Source: a bacterium (GTDB taxonomy: Bacteria > SZUA-182 > DTGQ01 > JAFGSM01). From it: DNA of 42,496 bases. Location: contig JBLIRO010000043.1 in NCBI GenBank assembly GCA_049472335.1, positions 1-42,496 on the forward strand. The letters run 5' to 3'. Of the stretch, positions 11,092 through 20,391 are shown one piece after another. The translations under genes and the position numbers were made by a program. Under the pieces are notes generated by a model, which was not told the origin of the DNA, ran no database searches, and saw only the letters and a list, made by a program, of their open reading frames with translations. Each line of letters opens with the position of its first letter. Positions within the stretch are counted from its first letter, which is position 1.

Positions 11092-11171
11092 TTTAATTTT
11101 TTATCTATTATTTATTTTATCACCAAAAAGTCAAATTTTTTTCTCACTATTTAAATTTACATTGATGAAAA

Positions 11172-12017
11172 TCATCCCATTTCATCAGGATGAAATCTTA
11201 CTTCAAATTCCAGTTCTTCTTCTTTCAAATCCAATGGAGGAGGAGGAAAAGGAGCTGTCTTCTTTATTGCTCTGATAATCGACTCATCATAATGATTAAA
11301 ACCGGAGGTTTTTTCGAGCCTTACATCTGCCAACTCCCCATTTGGATTTAAGCGGATCACCAATATAGCCTCAATGTTTTCCATATCCTTTGAAAACGTT
11401 TGGATAGTCCAGTTGCTTTTAATAAGATGGTAGATTTTTGCAGCATAGATTTGAAGCTGCCTCTCAATAAATTTTTTTGATTCCTCAGAATACTCTTCTT
11501 TTTCCTTAACGGCCAAAGCCCTTTTCCTTTTAATCTCCTCTATGGCCTGGCTGATCTTTTTTTCTTCATCTTTCTTTATAGCTTGTTTATTCGCTTCTTC
11601 ATTAACCTCTTTTTGTTCCTTTTTTACAGGAGGTGTTTCTTTTTTTACCGGTACCCCTTTTTTTGGTTCCAGCGGCTTTTGTTGAACCTTTTTTTTGACG
11701 ACCTTAGGCTTCGGTTTTTCCGCTTGTTTTACAGTACGCTCCTGTTTTTTTGGAGGTAGTTTCACCACCTTTGGTTTAGGAGACGATTCCGCTATTTCTA
11801 TAAGCCTGATAGGATAAATAATTTTATTATTTTTAAGTCTGGACCTCCAAAGAAAAAACTCTCCTCCTAAAAGCCCTGCCAGATGAAGTCCTATTGATAT
11901 TATCAGGGCCTTTTTCATGGGCGTCATTTTTGTATTATTATATTTCATTTTAAACAAATACTCGATTATATTTTCATTGAGCATTACCTCTTTAAAGTAT
12001 ATCGAAGCAGCATTCAT
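11172..12017 (-). CDS. tolA: TolA/TonB-family energy transducer (start probably 11948, 11927 or 11918)
   Basis: TM segment with S-xxx-H (ISIGLHL), K/P/E-rich linker, TonB_C-like end (SGFNHYDESIIRAI..APFPPPP); directly upstream of tolB. Confidence 0.8.
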   Translation of the reverse strand: MNAASIYFKEVMLNENIIEYLFKMKYNNTKMTPMKKALIISIGLHLAGLLGGEFFLWRSRLKNNKIIYPIRLIEIAESSPKPKVVKLPPKKQERTVKQAEKPKPKVVKKKVQQKPLEPKKGVPVKKETPPVKKEQKEVNEEANKQAIKKDEEKKISQAIEEIKRKRALAVKEKEEYSEESKKFIERQLQIYAAKIYHLIKSNWTIQTFSKDMENIEAILVIRLNPNGELADVRLEKTSGFNHYDESIIRAIKKTAPFPPPPLDLKEEELEFEVRFHPDEMG

Positions 12018-12172
12018 CTTGCTCTCTGAAATAATATTGATTATACAACAACATTAACTGAAGAGACAAGGTGTGTTAATGCCTTTACAGTAAATCAAGT
12101 ATCGGATTAAAAATTCGTTCAAAACCGGAATCATTTGACTTTAAGGTAATCCTGATTGAATGTTATACCGAA

Positions 12173-12201
12173 TTGACAAAAAAAAACTTCTGTGATACGT
12201 T
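12173..12201 (+). promoter_or_regulatory. Candidate sigma70 promoter for usp
   Basis: TTGACA-17 bp-TACGTT with extended -10 TG, about 100 bp upstream of the usp ATG. Confidence 0.45.
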
Positions 12202-12299
12202 CTTCATTAATAGACATAATATATTATATTAAATAATATTTTGACAAATTTATTGATGATTTGAATTAAATAAAATTTTCTATCATACGGGAGGAATTA

Positions 12300-12779
12300 A
12301 TGTTATCCATAAAAAAGATTCTTTTGCCAACGGATGGTTCGGATTATTCCTTTGAGGCCTTGCGGTATGTCAGTTCATTTGCCAGACAATTCAATATTAC
12401 TGTATACATTATGACGGTAATCGAAATACATCACAGTATCTATGATGTATATGCGGACGAAATAACGCTTGATCTCCAGGAGTCCAAGATAGCCACACTG
12501 GTAAATAAAAGGCTCGACGAAACAGAAGTGAAGGCCAAGGATCTGGGGATTAATGAAATTGTCAAAATAACCCGGTTTGGAAGCCCTTATCAGGAGATCT
12601 TAAATGTGGCAAATGAAAAAGCCGTCGACTTGATTGTTATGGGAACACACGGGCGGTCCGGAATAGCACATTTTCTTATTGGAAGTGTTACAGAGAAGGT
12701 CATCAGAACTGCTCCATGTCCTGTATTGGTTGTAAGACCCAATGTTCATGGGATGATAGAAGAAAATTCCAATAAGTAA
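12300..12779 (+). CDS. Universal stress protein (UspA family)
   Basis: KKILLPTDGS, DLIVMGTHGRSG..FLIGSVTEKVIRTAPCPVLVVR; GGAGG RBS. Confidence 0.95.
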   Translation: MLSIKKILLPTDGSDYSFEALRYVSSFARQFNITVYIMTVIEIHHSIYDVYADEITLDLQESKIATLVNKRLDETEVKAKDLGINEIVKITRFGSPYQEILNVANEKAVDLIVMGTHGRSGIAHFLIGSVTEKVIRTAPCPVLVVRPNVHGMIEENSNK

Positions 12780-12834
12780 ATTAAAGGATATTATAAAGAA
12801 GAGCTTAGAATATATGAGATAAAACAGAAGAACT

Positions 12835-13395
12835 CTATTTTTCGAGAATTTTTATAGTCAGATAATATGGCTTTAAATTCAGGTCTTTGATCTTCAGACT
12901 TACACCATCTTCAATCCCAGAAGGTATCTCTATCCTGTATTTTCTTATTCCTTCTTTATTTTTAATCGTTATTGATTTGGTTGTTCCCTCTATTGCTTCC
13001 TGATTTGTAATCTCAAGACGGAATCTCGGATATCTTTTATCCTCAATATCATCAGTTTCAATCGAATCCCAGAAATCTTTTGCTTGTCTAACAGTCTTGA
13101 AAAAACCTTTTTTCAACCTATCCATAAGTATATTAAAGATGCCGGATTGTCCGGGTTGTGGTATATTGCCAAAATGTTTATTGCCATCTTTTATTTTGTC
13201 ACGAATAAGAACTCCATAGGCCTCTGTAATCTTTTTGAATTTTTCAAGCGCTACCATGTCTCCCGGATTCTTATCTGGATGATATGTATGCGCAAGTCTG
13301 CGATAAGCGGTTTTGATCTGTTTCTCGTCCGCATTCAGATCCAAACCCAGCAATTGATAATAATTTTTAAAAAACTCGTAATCTGAATCGTACAT
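12835..13395 (-). CDS. Short DnaJ-domain protein (J domain plus partial C-terminal domain)
   Basis: NYYQLLG..IKTAYRRLA..YHPDKNP..FKKITEAYGVL; C-terminal LEIT..EAIEG..IEIPSGIEDG; no zinc finger. Confidence 0.85.
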   Translation of the reverse strand: MYDSDYEFFKNYYQLLGLDLNADEKQIKTAYRRLAHTYHPDKNPGDMVALEKFKKITEAYGVLIRDKIKDGNKHFGNIPQPGQSGIFNILMDRLKKGFFKTVRQAKDFWDSIETDDIEDKRYPRFRLEITNQEAIEGTTKSITIKNKEGIRKYRIEIPSGIEDGVSLKIKDLNLKPYYLTIKILEK

Positions 13396-13631
13396 ATTGA
13401 TAAAACTATATAGTTAAATATATTTACCTCTTAAAGATTTATTGATCAATTTTATCATTATTTAGATAGTATAACAATTGATCTGGCATATGAGCTATGG
13501 TAATATGCTATAAATTTTACATATGTAATAAATGATCGGAAGTTATTAAGTGATAAGATCGAAAAAGAGTCATTGATTGGATCATTTGAATAAAATGATC
13601 ATTACTGAAAAAATAGATTTATAAGGGAGGG

Positions 13632-14444
13632 ATGGAAATGAATATAAGAAAGCCAGCCGTATCCGGGCAATTTTATCCGGGAAATCCCAATAGGCTTTCA
13701 GATGAAATAGAAAGGTTAATAGATCCAAGGATAGAGAAAAAAAAGGCAATAGGAATTGTTTCCCCTCATGCCGGATATATTTACTCAGGTCAGGTTGCGG
13801 GAATGGTATATTCCAGCGCCGAGATACCTGGATGCGTTATTATTTTGGGTCCGAATCATACAGGATATGGGCCAAGAGCTTCTATTATGGATACAGGCAG
13901 TTGGCAAATGCCTATGGGAGAGGTAAAGATCGATCAGGAAACAGCACATACCATACTTCAAAATTCAGATATTATTCAATCCGACACAGCGGCACAAATG
14001 CTGGAGCACTCGATAGAGGTACAAGTTCCTTTTCTTCAATATCTTAAGCCCGATGTGAAAATAGTTCCCATAGTTCTGAGCGGATATAATTTCTCAATGT
14101 GTCAATCTATTGCTCAATCCATAGTAAATGGTATTCAAAGCAATAATAAAGACGCTCTTATTGTAGCAAGCACGGATCTCACCCATTATAAATCACAAAC
14201 GGAAGCCAATAAAAACGATAAGAAAGTAATCGATAAGATATTGAGCCTTGACGCCCAGGGGCTCTTAGAGTTGGTCATTCAGGAAGAAATCAGCATGTGT
14301 GGCGTAATTCCGGTAACAACGATGCTTCTTGCTGCAAAGAAATTGGAAGCTAAAAAGGCCACCCTTGTCAAGTATATGACATCAGGGGATGTTTCCGGAG
14401 ATTTCAGCAATGTGGTAGGATATGCCGGTATCATTATTGATTGA
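13632..14444 (+). CDS. amrB: AmmeMemoRadiSam system protein B (MEMO1 family)
   Basis: RKPAVSGQFYP, PHAGYIYSG, GPNH, EHSIEVQVPFLQ, ASTDLTHY, SMCG, VVGYA. Confidence 0.95.
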   Translation: MEMNIRKPAVSGQFYPGNPNRLSDEIERLIDPRIEKKKAIGIVSPHAGYIYSGQVAGMVYSSAEIPGCVIILGPNHTGYGPRASIMDTGSWQMPMGEVKIDQETAHTILQNSDIIQSDTAAQMLEHSIEVQVPFLQYLKPDVKIVPIVLSGYNFSMCQSIAQSIVNGIQSNNKDALIVASTDLTHYKSQTEANKNDKKVIDKILSLDAQGLLELVIQEEISMCGVIPVTTMLLAAKKLEAKKATLVKYMTSGDVSGDFSNVVGYAGIIID

Positions 14445-14465
14445 ATAATTCAAATGTAATAAATT

Positions 14466-16244
14466 GTGAAACCCTTTATAATGAAAGGGGAAATTATTAT
14501 ATATATAAAAAACGGGCAAGTAAGATCTTTTCCGGCCTTAATTTTTTTTATTTTACTTTTTTTTCTTTTAATCTTATCAAAACAAGCCAAAACCATCCCG
14601 ATGTCTCCTATTTATGATAAAATTGTCGCTATGCAGGTCGAACAAATCCTTGCAAAAATGACTGTCGAGGAAAAAATAGGACAATTATTACTTGTATACT
14701 TCAAAGGCCCTTCATTATCCCCAAGTCTAAAGGAAATGATAAATAAATATCATGTGGGAGGCTTAATTTTTTACACAGTTTCCGAAAATATTAAAGATCC
14801 GGTTCAGGTGGGAAAACTTATAAATGATGTTCAAAAAGAGGCAAAGAATCATGGATCGCGCATCCCTCTTTTTATATCCATAGACCAGGAAGGCGGCAGA
14901 GTTGTTCGCTTGACGGAAGGAGTAACTGTATTACCGGGTAATATGGCGATCGGAGCGACAGGCTCTTTGAAAGCCGCTCGCTTCATGACCATGATTACTG
15001 CCAAGGAACTCAAAGCCCTGGGAATCAATATGAATTTTGCCCCGGTGATGGATGTGAATAATAATCCGGACAATCCTGTTATAGGCACACGATCTTTTGG
15101 GGCATCTCCCGAGCAGGTGGCTGACCTTGGAGGCGTTGTGATCGAAACATACAGGATATATGGAATCATATCAACGGCCAAGCATTTTCCGGGACACGGA
15201 GACACAACCATTGATTCTCATATCGGCATTCCGGTTATTCCTCATGGATTGGAACGTTTACGGGCCATTGAGCTTTTGCCCTTTCAAAAGGCCATTGAGG
15301 CCGGTGTGCCGGCTATAATGACAGCACATGTTGTCATTCCCGCATTGGAAAAGAAAAAAGGACTTCCTGCAACCCTGTCTTATAATATCTTGACAGGACT
15401 TCTTCGTCAGAAAATGGGTTTTAAAGGCCTGATTATAACAGATTCACTGGGAATGGGAGGGATAGTCAAAACCTTCAGCATCACAGAAGCATCGATTCTG
15501 GCCTTAAAGGCTGGAGCGGATATTTTATTGTTCGGCGCGGATAAACATTTTGGGCCCGAAGATCAGATCGTTGTATTCAGGCATATCCTTTCCCTGGTGC
15601 ATTCAGGGAAAATTCCCATGGGACGTATTGATGAATCTGTGAGAAGGATATTGAAGGCAAAGGTTCAATACGGGCTCTTCGAAGAGTTAAAAGTGAATAC
15701 AGATGAGATCCCGGGAAAGGTCGGAATAGACAAGCACCTTGAGCTTGCCAGATCAATAGCAAAGAAGAGCATCACCCTCATAAAGGATGAAAATGGGTAC
15801 ATCCCTGTTAATTCAGAAGAACCAATATCGATAATATGGCCCCAAATTGATAATAAGCTCGATAATTACTTTAATATATATCATGTAAAAGCAGAATCAA
15901 TTTCAATTTCCCTTGATCCCGATGATTCAGAGATTGATTATGCAGTTTCAGCTTTAAGGGATCATGCTCAACTGATTGTAGGCACATATGATGTAAGAAA
16001 ATACCCTTCTCAAAAAAGGCTTATTGAAAAACTTTATCATGCTAATAAGGATATGATCGTAGTTTCAACAATGACCCCTTATGATCTTTTATGTTTCCCG
16101 AAGATCCCTTGCTTTTTGGCAACATACGGAACAAATCCAGTAACATTGAACGCCCTTGTCAAGGTCCTCGTTGGTCTTGAAAGACCCGGAGGAAGAATTC
16201 CAGTTGAATTACCCGGACTCTTCCCTATAGGTCACGGATTGTAG
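14466..16244 (+). CDS. nagZ: Exported GH3 beta-N-acetylglucosaminidase (two-domain NagZ type); start uncertain
   Basis: DQEGG, NFAPVMDV, RSFG, signature KHFPGHGDTTIDSH, IITDSLGM; N-terminal hydrophobic segment; GH3 C-terminal domain. Confidence 0.88.
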   Translation: MKPFIMKGEIIIYIKNGQVRSFPALIFFILLFFLLILSKQAKTIPMSPIYDKIVAMQVEQILAKMTVEEKIGQLLLVYFKGPSLSPSLKEMINKYHVGGLIFYTVSENIKDPVQVGKLINDVQKEAKNHGSRIPLFISIDQEGGRVVRLTEGVTVLPGNMAIGATGSLKAARFMTMITAKELKALGINMNFAPVMDVNNNPDNPVIGTRSFGASPEQVADLGGVVIETYRIYGIISTAKHFPGHGDTTIDSHIGIPVIPHGLERLRAIELLPFQKAIEAGVPAIMTAHVVIPALEKKKGLPATLSYNILTGLLRQKMGFKGLIITDSLGMGGIVKTFSITEASILALKAGADILLFGADKHFGPEDQIVVFRHILSLVHSGKIPMGRIDESVRRILKAKVQYGLFEELKVNTDEIPGKVGIDKHLELARSIAKKSITLIKDENGYIPVNSEEPISIIWPQIDNKLDNYFNIYHVKAESISISLDPDDSEIDYAVSALRDHAQLIVGTYDVRKYPSQKRLIEKLYHANKDMIVVSTMTPYDLLCFPKIPCFLATYGTNPVTLNALVKVLVGLERPGGRIPVELPGLFPIGHGL

Positions 16245-16260
16245 AAAAAAAGGGACGGTT

Positions 16261-17439
16261 CTATTTTTTCCCCTGAGGCAAGATTATTGTAAATTCGGTA
16301 CCCTTTCCCTGAAAGGGAGATAACGAAATCCTTCCGCCATGCTCTTTGATAATGGTTTTTACAATAAAAAGTCCGAGGCCGGTGCCGCAATCTTTATTTT
16401 TAGTGGTAAAAAAAGGCTCAAAGATCTTATCTGCCATCTCTTTGGAAATACCAGGGCCATTATCCCTGATCCTGATAGAGACATTATCATCATTTAAGGT
16501 ATTTACATCGATGGTAATCCTGCCTTTCTGGTCCGTTATCGCATCACACGCATTATCAAGAAGATTTACAAATACCTGTGAAATCTTTTGAGGATCACAA
16601 TATATCTTCAAATCAAGAGAGCCGGTTACTTCTATCGTTATTCCGCGAATCTTTAGCTTATGCCCAATAAGATAAAGTGAATCATTGATGATATCCAACA
16701 AAGGCGTTTGTTCTCTCTGTATATCACTCTGCCTGGAATATGCCTTGAGGCTTTTAACCAAATGGGAAATTCGGTCGCACCCCTCCTGCAGATATTTCAG
16801 CCATTCATCCACTTCCTTTACATCCTTGACTAGATAACCGGTCTTATCCTCTTCGGCATGTCCTTCCAGTATAGGTCGGGAGTTGTTCCAGAATAATTCC
16901 AAAAGCTTGGTGTTTCCCATGATATAGGATAAAGGACTATTAATCTCATGTATAATGGCCGCTGAAAAGGTGCCCATTGTTGCCAGACGGTCCGCATGGA
17001 CAAGCTGGCGAGTCCTTTCCTCAACCATTTGTTCCAATTGTGTAGCGTAATCCCTTATGGTTAGATGCGTCTTCACTCTGGCCAAAACTTCCCTTGTGTC
17101 AAAAGGCTTGGTAATATAATCAACGGCCCCCAGTTCAAATCCTTTGGTCTTGTTTTCTGTCCCATGTAATGCCGTAATAAAAATGACCGGTATATCCCTT
17201 GTCTGGCTATCCTTTTTGAGCTGAGTGCATACCCCGTATCCGTCGATCCCGGGCATCATAATATCCAAAAGGATGAGGTCAAATTTAGCGGATTTCATGT
17301 GCGTAAGAGCTGCCTCGCCATCTTTGGCAAATCCCAATCGATAACCTGCTTCTTTTAAAATGTTTGCCAGTACCTGAATATTATGAGGCACATCATCGAC
17401 AATTAAGATCTTATGCTCTTTCTTCATATCTCTGATCAT
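16261..17439 (-). CDS. Cytoplasmic hybrid REC-HisKA-HATPase kinase
   Basis: ILIVDD..LLDIMMP..DYITKPF; HEINSPL; NLLDNACDA, DNGPGI, FEPFFTTK, GTGLGL. Confidence 0.93.
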   Translation of the reverse strand: MIRDMKKEHKILIVDDVPHNIQVLANILKEAGYRLGFAKDGEAALTHMKSAKFDLILLDIMMPGIDGYGVCTQLKKDSQTRDIPVIFITALHGTENKTKGFELGAVDYITKPFDTREVLARVKTHLTIRDYATQLEQMVEERTRQLVHADRLATMGTFSAAIIHEINSPLSYIMGNTKLLELFWNNSRPILEGHAEEDKTGYLVKDVKEVDEWLKYLQEGCDRISHLVKSLKAYSRQSDIQREQTPLLDIINDSLYLIGHKLKIRGITIEVTGSLDLKIYCDPQKISQVFVNLLDNACDAITDQKGRITIDVNTLNDDNVSIRIRDNGPGISKEMADKIFEPFFTTKNKDCGTGLGLFIVKTIIKEHGGRISLSPFQGKGTEFTIILPQGKK

Positions 17440-19808
17440 TATATCTTTCCCTGCGTTTTTTTCCTGTATAATAACTTAAGTTGCTCTATCAATTCAGGGT
17501 AGGCATCCAAGGTGGCGCACATCCTTTCAATATCGAAGCTGTTTACATGTAAAGCCAAATCATCGCCAAACTCCTGAAGGATTTTTAGTGAATAGATTTC
17601 TCCAAGCCCTTTTATTTGCCTGCCAAAATTGGCGATATCATCAAAAAGGCCCTTTTGGTGCGCAATCCTCCATGAATCCATAAATTCATTTTCCAATTTC
17701 TCTATTATTTCCGGAAGTTTTGCAATGACTTTAGGGTTTAGTTTTTTCGGCATATCCTTTTTTAATTTTTTTATTGGTTGACTAACCTCGCTTTTTATTT
17801 TTACAGAATATTTAAGGAATCTTACCAATTCCTTATACAGATCCGATATCTGGAAGGGTTTCACCAGAAATCCGTCGAATCCGCTCTGCATTATTTTTTC
17901 CTTGTCTTTTTTCATTCCCGAAGCCGTTAATGCAATAACCGGGATGCCTTTCAATTCGGCATCTTTCCTGATTTGGTGTGTTGCTTCGTATCCATCCATA
18001 ACTTGCATTTTGATATCCATTAATATGGCATCCGGATTGTGCTCCCTGGCAAGAGAAATCGCCTGTTTACCGTTTTCGGCCTCTAAAATTTTGATATCCG
18101 TGTACCTCAGATATTCCTTTATTAATTTGCGATTTAAAGGGATATCCTCCACAATAAGCAAGGTAGCCTTTTGAAATTCTATATCCTTAAAATTAAATGT
18201 TTTGTTTTCATTTTTTTTATCAGGAATCATATCCGTTAGTGGAATTGATACATCCTTTAGTAATATCTCAAAGGTACTGCCCTTTTGTATAATGCTGTTA
18301 ACAGATATGGTGCCCCCCATCATTTCAACCAGCCGTTTTGAAATTGTAAGCCCCAGTCCGGTTCCTCCATAGATTTTGGTGCTTTGTCCATCCTGTTGTT
18401 TGAATTCTTCAAAGATGGTATCCAGTGAGCCAGGAGCAATTCCGATTCCTGTATCTTCAACCGTTATCTTTATATCAATCTTTCCTGAATAATCCTTTTT
18501 AATTATCTTTTTGGCAAGAAGCTTTATATATCCCTTTTCTGTAAATTTCACGGCATTTCCCACCAGATTAAAGAGAACCTGTCTTAAGCGGACCTCATCC
18601 AAAATCAGATTTTCGGGAAGATCGGGATCGATCTCCATTATCAGGTAAAGTCCTTTGTCCGCAATATTTTGGGTAAATATATGTTCAATTTCAGAAAATA
18701 TAGTAAATGGATTTACCACATCAAGCTGAAGCTCCATTTTTCCGGATTCAATTTTGGAAAGATCAAGAATGTCATTAATAAGTATCAACAAGCTCTTCCC
18801 GCTTGACTTAATGGTCTCAAGGTAAGTTTTTTGTTCCTTGTCCGTAATTCTGGAATCCAGTAAATCCGTAAAACCAAGTATGGCATTCATAGGGGTTCGG
18901 ATCTCATGACTCATATTTGCTAAAAATTCACTTTTAGCGCGGCTGGCTGCCTTGGCATCAACCGCAAGCTGTTCTGCACGGTTAAGGGCCTCCTGCAAAG
19001 CCTTTTGCTGATTTTTCAATTTGGCTGTCCGGTCAGCTACCATTTCTTCCAGATGATTTCTGTGATTTTCCAGCTCATTTTCACGTTTCTGGATTTCATC
19101 CAGCATCTCATTAAACCCGTCAATAAGGGTTCCTATCTCGTCCCTGCTTCGTTTTTCAGCTCTGAGAGAATAATCCTTTTCCTTTGAGATGATTTTTGCT
19201 ATTCCGGCAAGATTCAAAATCGGTTTAGAAACAACTCGTTGAAACAAAAATGAAAGCATTATGGCAAGCAAAAAACCTACTAATAAAATAATGGCGACAA
19301 TTCCGCCCGATTGCTTTAGACGGGAGCGGATCTCTGACAGATCTGATTGGATAAAAATCGTTCCGATCATCTCTTTTTCAAGAAAGATTTGATGGAATAA
19401 AAAAAGATGATTTTTTTCAAAGTAATGACTGTTAGCCTTTGGCTCCGGAGGCACAAAATTTCTTGCATTATTTTGCGGGGAAAAGGTAGCAAAAGTCTTT
19501 CCGTTTTTATCATAGATACAGGCAAAGGTTACATTTGGCTTTGAGCGCAATGCTGAGAGGTTCTTTTCAGCAGTACGGGGATCACTAAAGACAAGCGCGC
19601 CGGAGCTGTTCATACCAATAACCTGTGCAATGCTTGTAATATCATTTACCATCGCGTTGCGAAAGGTAATAATATCCTTTCCCACGAAGGCGATCGATGC
19701 AACCAATAGAGTAAACCAGCTTATGAAGATAATGATAAAAATAAGTTTTCGCTTTATCGATACATTTTGAAAAGAAAAAAAATCAATCAAAAATCGGAGT
19801 ATGGGCAT
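17439..19808 (-). CDS. Membrane hybrid histidine kinase (periplasmic CHASE-type sensor, HAMP, HisKA, HATPase, REC, degenerate Hpt-like tail)
   Basis: Two TM helices, DEIGTLIDGFNEML, FLANMSHEIRTPMN, NLVGNAVKFT, GGTGLGL, LIVED..MDIKM..KPF. Confidence 0.93.
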   Translation of the reverse strand: MPILRFLIDFFSFQNVSIKRKLIFIIIFISWFTLLVASIAFVGKDIITFRNAMVNDITSIAQVIGMNSSGALVFSDPRTAEKNLSALRSKPNVTFACIYDKNGKTFATFSPQNNARNFVPPEPKANSHYFEKNHLFLFHQIFLEKEMIGTIFIQSDLSEIRSRLKQSGGIVAIILLVGFLLAIMLSFLFQRVVSKPILNLAGIAKIISKEKDYSLRAEKRSRDEIGTLIDGFNEMLDEIQKRENELENHRNHLEEMVADRTAKLKNQQKALQEALNRAEQLAVDAKAASRAKSEFLANMSHEIRTPMNAILGFTDLLDSRITDKEQKTYLETIKSSGKSLLILINDILDLSKIESGKMELQLDVVNPFTIFSEIEHIFTQNIADKGLYLIMEIDPDLPENLILDEVRLRQVLFNLVGNAVKFTEKGYIKLLAKKIIKKDYSGKIDIKITVEDTGIGIAPGSLDTIFEEFKQQDGQSTKIYGGTGLGLTISKRLVEMMGGTISVNSIIQKGSTFEILLKDVSIPLTDMIPDKKNENKTFNFKDIEFQKATLLIVEDIPLNRKLIKEYLRYTDIKILEAENGKQAISLAREHNPDAILMDIKMQVMDGYEATHQIRKDAELKGIPVIALTASGMKKDKEKIMQSGFDGFLVKPFQISDLYKELVRFLKYSVKIKSEVSQPIKKLKKDMPKKLNPKVIAKLPEIIEKLENEFMDSWRIAHQKGLFDDIANFGRQIKGLGEIYSLKILQEFGDDLALHVNSFDIERMCATLDAYPELIEQLKLLYRKKTQGKI

Positions 19809-19809
19809 A

Positions 19810-20391
19810 TTAATTATTTTTTTCCTTTATAATCTCAGCAGACATGAGAATTTGTGAGCCCATTTTGATTCTGGCACGCTTTGCGGCATCCAGATTTACT
19901 TCAAATCGGAGACTGTCCTCTTCGGTAAAAAAATTAATAATACCTCCGGCCTGTGTAAATCCCTTTATATGCCCGATTGTTAATATACTCCGATACTTAA
20001 CAATGAGAAGGCTCTCCCTTATGAATGCATCGTCCTTTGAATCAAGGAAAAGTATCTGACATTTTTCTATAGCTTTATTTCTAACATCATTGTACTTTTC
20101 TACCTTTATCCTTTTATTGCCGATAGACTTATTTTTCAAGGACAGAAAGACATCTGTTTCCGGTGTGTCCGGGACAATGCAGACAAGTAATGAATTTGGG
20201 TCCTGTCCGGCATCTTCCTTTGGCCATTCTATAAACTTCGCAAAATTATAAATAAAGCCTGCCTTGACCCGGTATTCGGGCCCATAAAGGGCTTGAGCGT
20301 TTGCGCATACTTCTATGAATACCATGACACAAAAAATGATCATGGCATAGAGCCAAAATCTTTTGTTTTTGTCCACTATTAGAATAGACAT
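19810..20391 (-). CDS. YfiR-family periplasmic regulator
   Basis: Signal peptide; EYRVKAGFIYNFAKFIEWP, CQILF, GGIINF, FEVNL..A. Confidence 0.92.
   Translation of the reverse strand: MSILIVDKNKRFWLYAMIIFCVMVFIEVCANAQALYGPEYRVKAGFIYNFAKFIEWPKEDAGQDPNSLLVCIVPDTPETDVFLSLKNKSIGNKRIKVEKYNDVRNKAIEKCQILFLDSKDDAFIRESLLIVKYRSILTIGHIKGFTQAGGIINFFTEEDSLRFEVNLDAAKRARIKMGSQILMSAEIIKEKNN

Noticed and set aside
13485..13500. TGGCATATGAGCTATG (also TGGCACAATC near 5208) as sigma54 promoters
   Set aside because: No TTG at the -12 position; the site near 5208 also faces away from the neighbouring genes
13444..13600. Possible oriC because of GATC clustering
   Set aside because: No DnaA boxes seen and no dnaA/dnaN/gidA context
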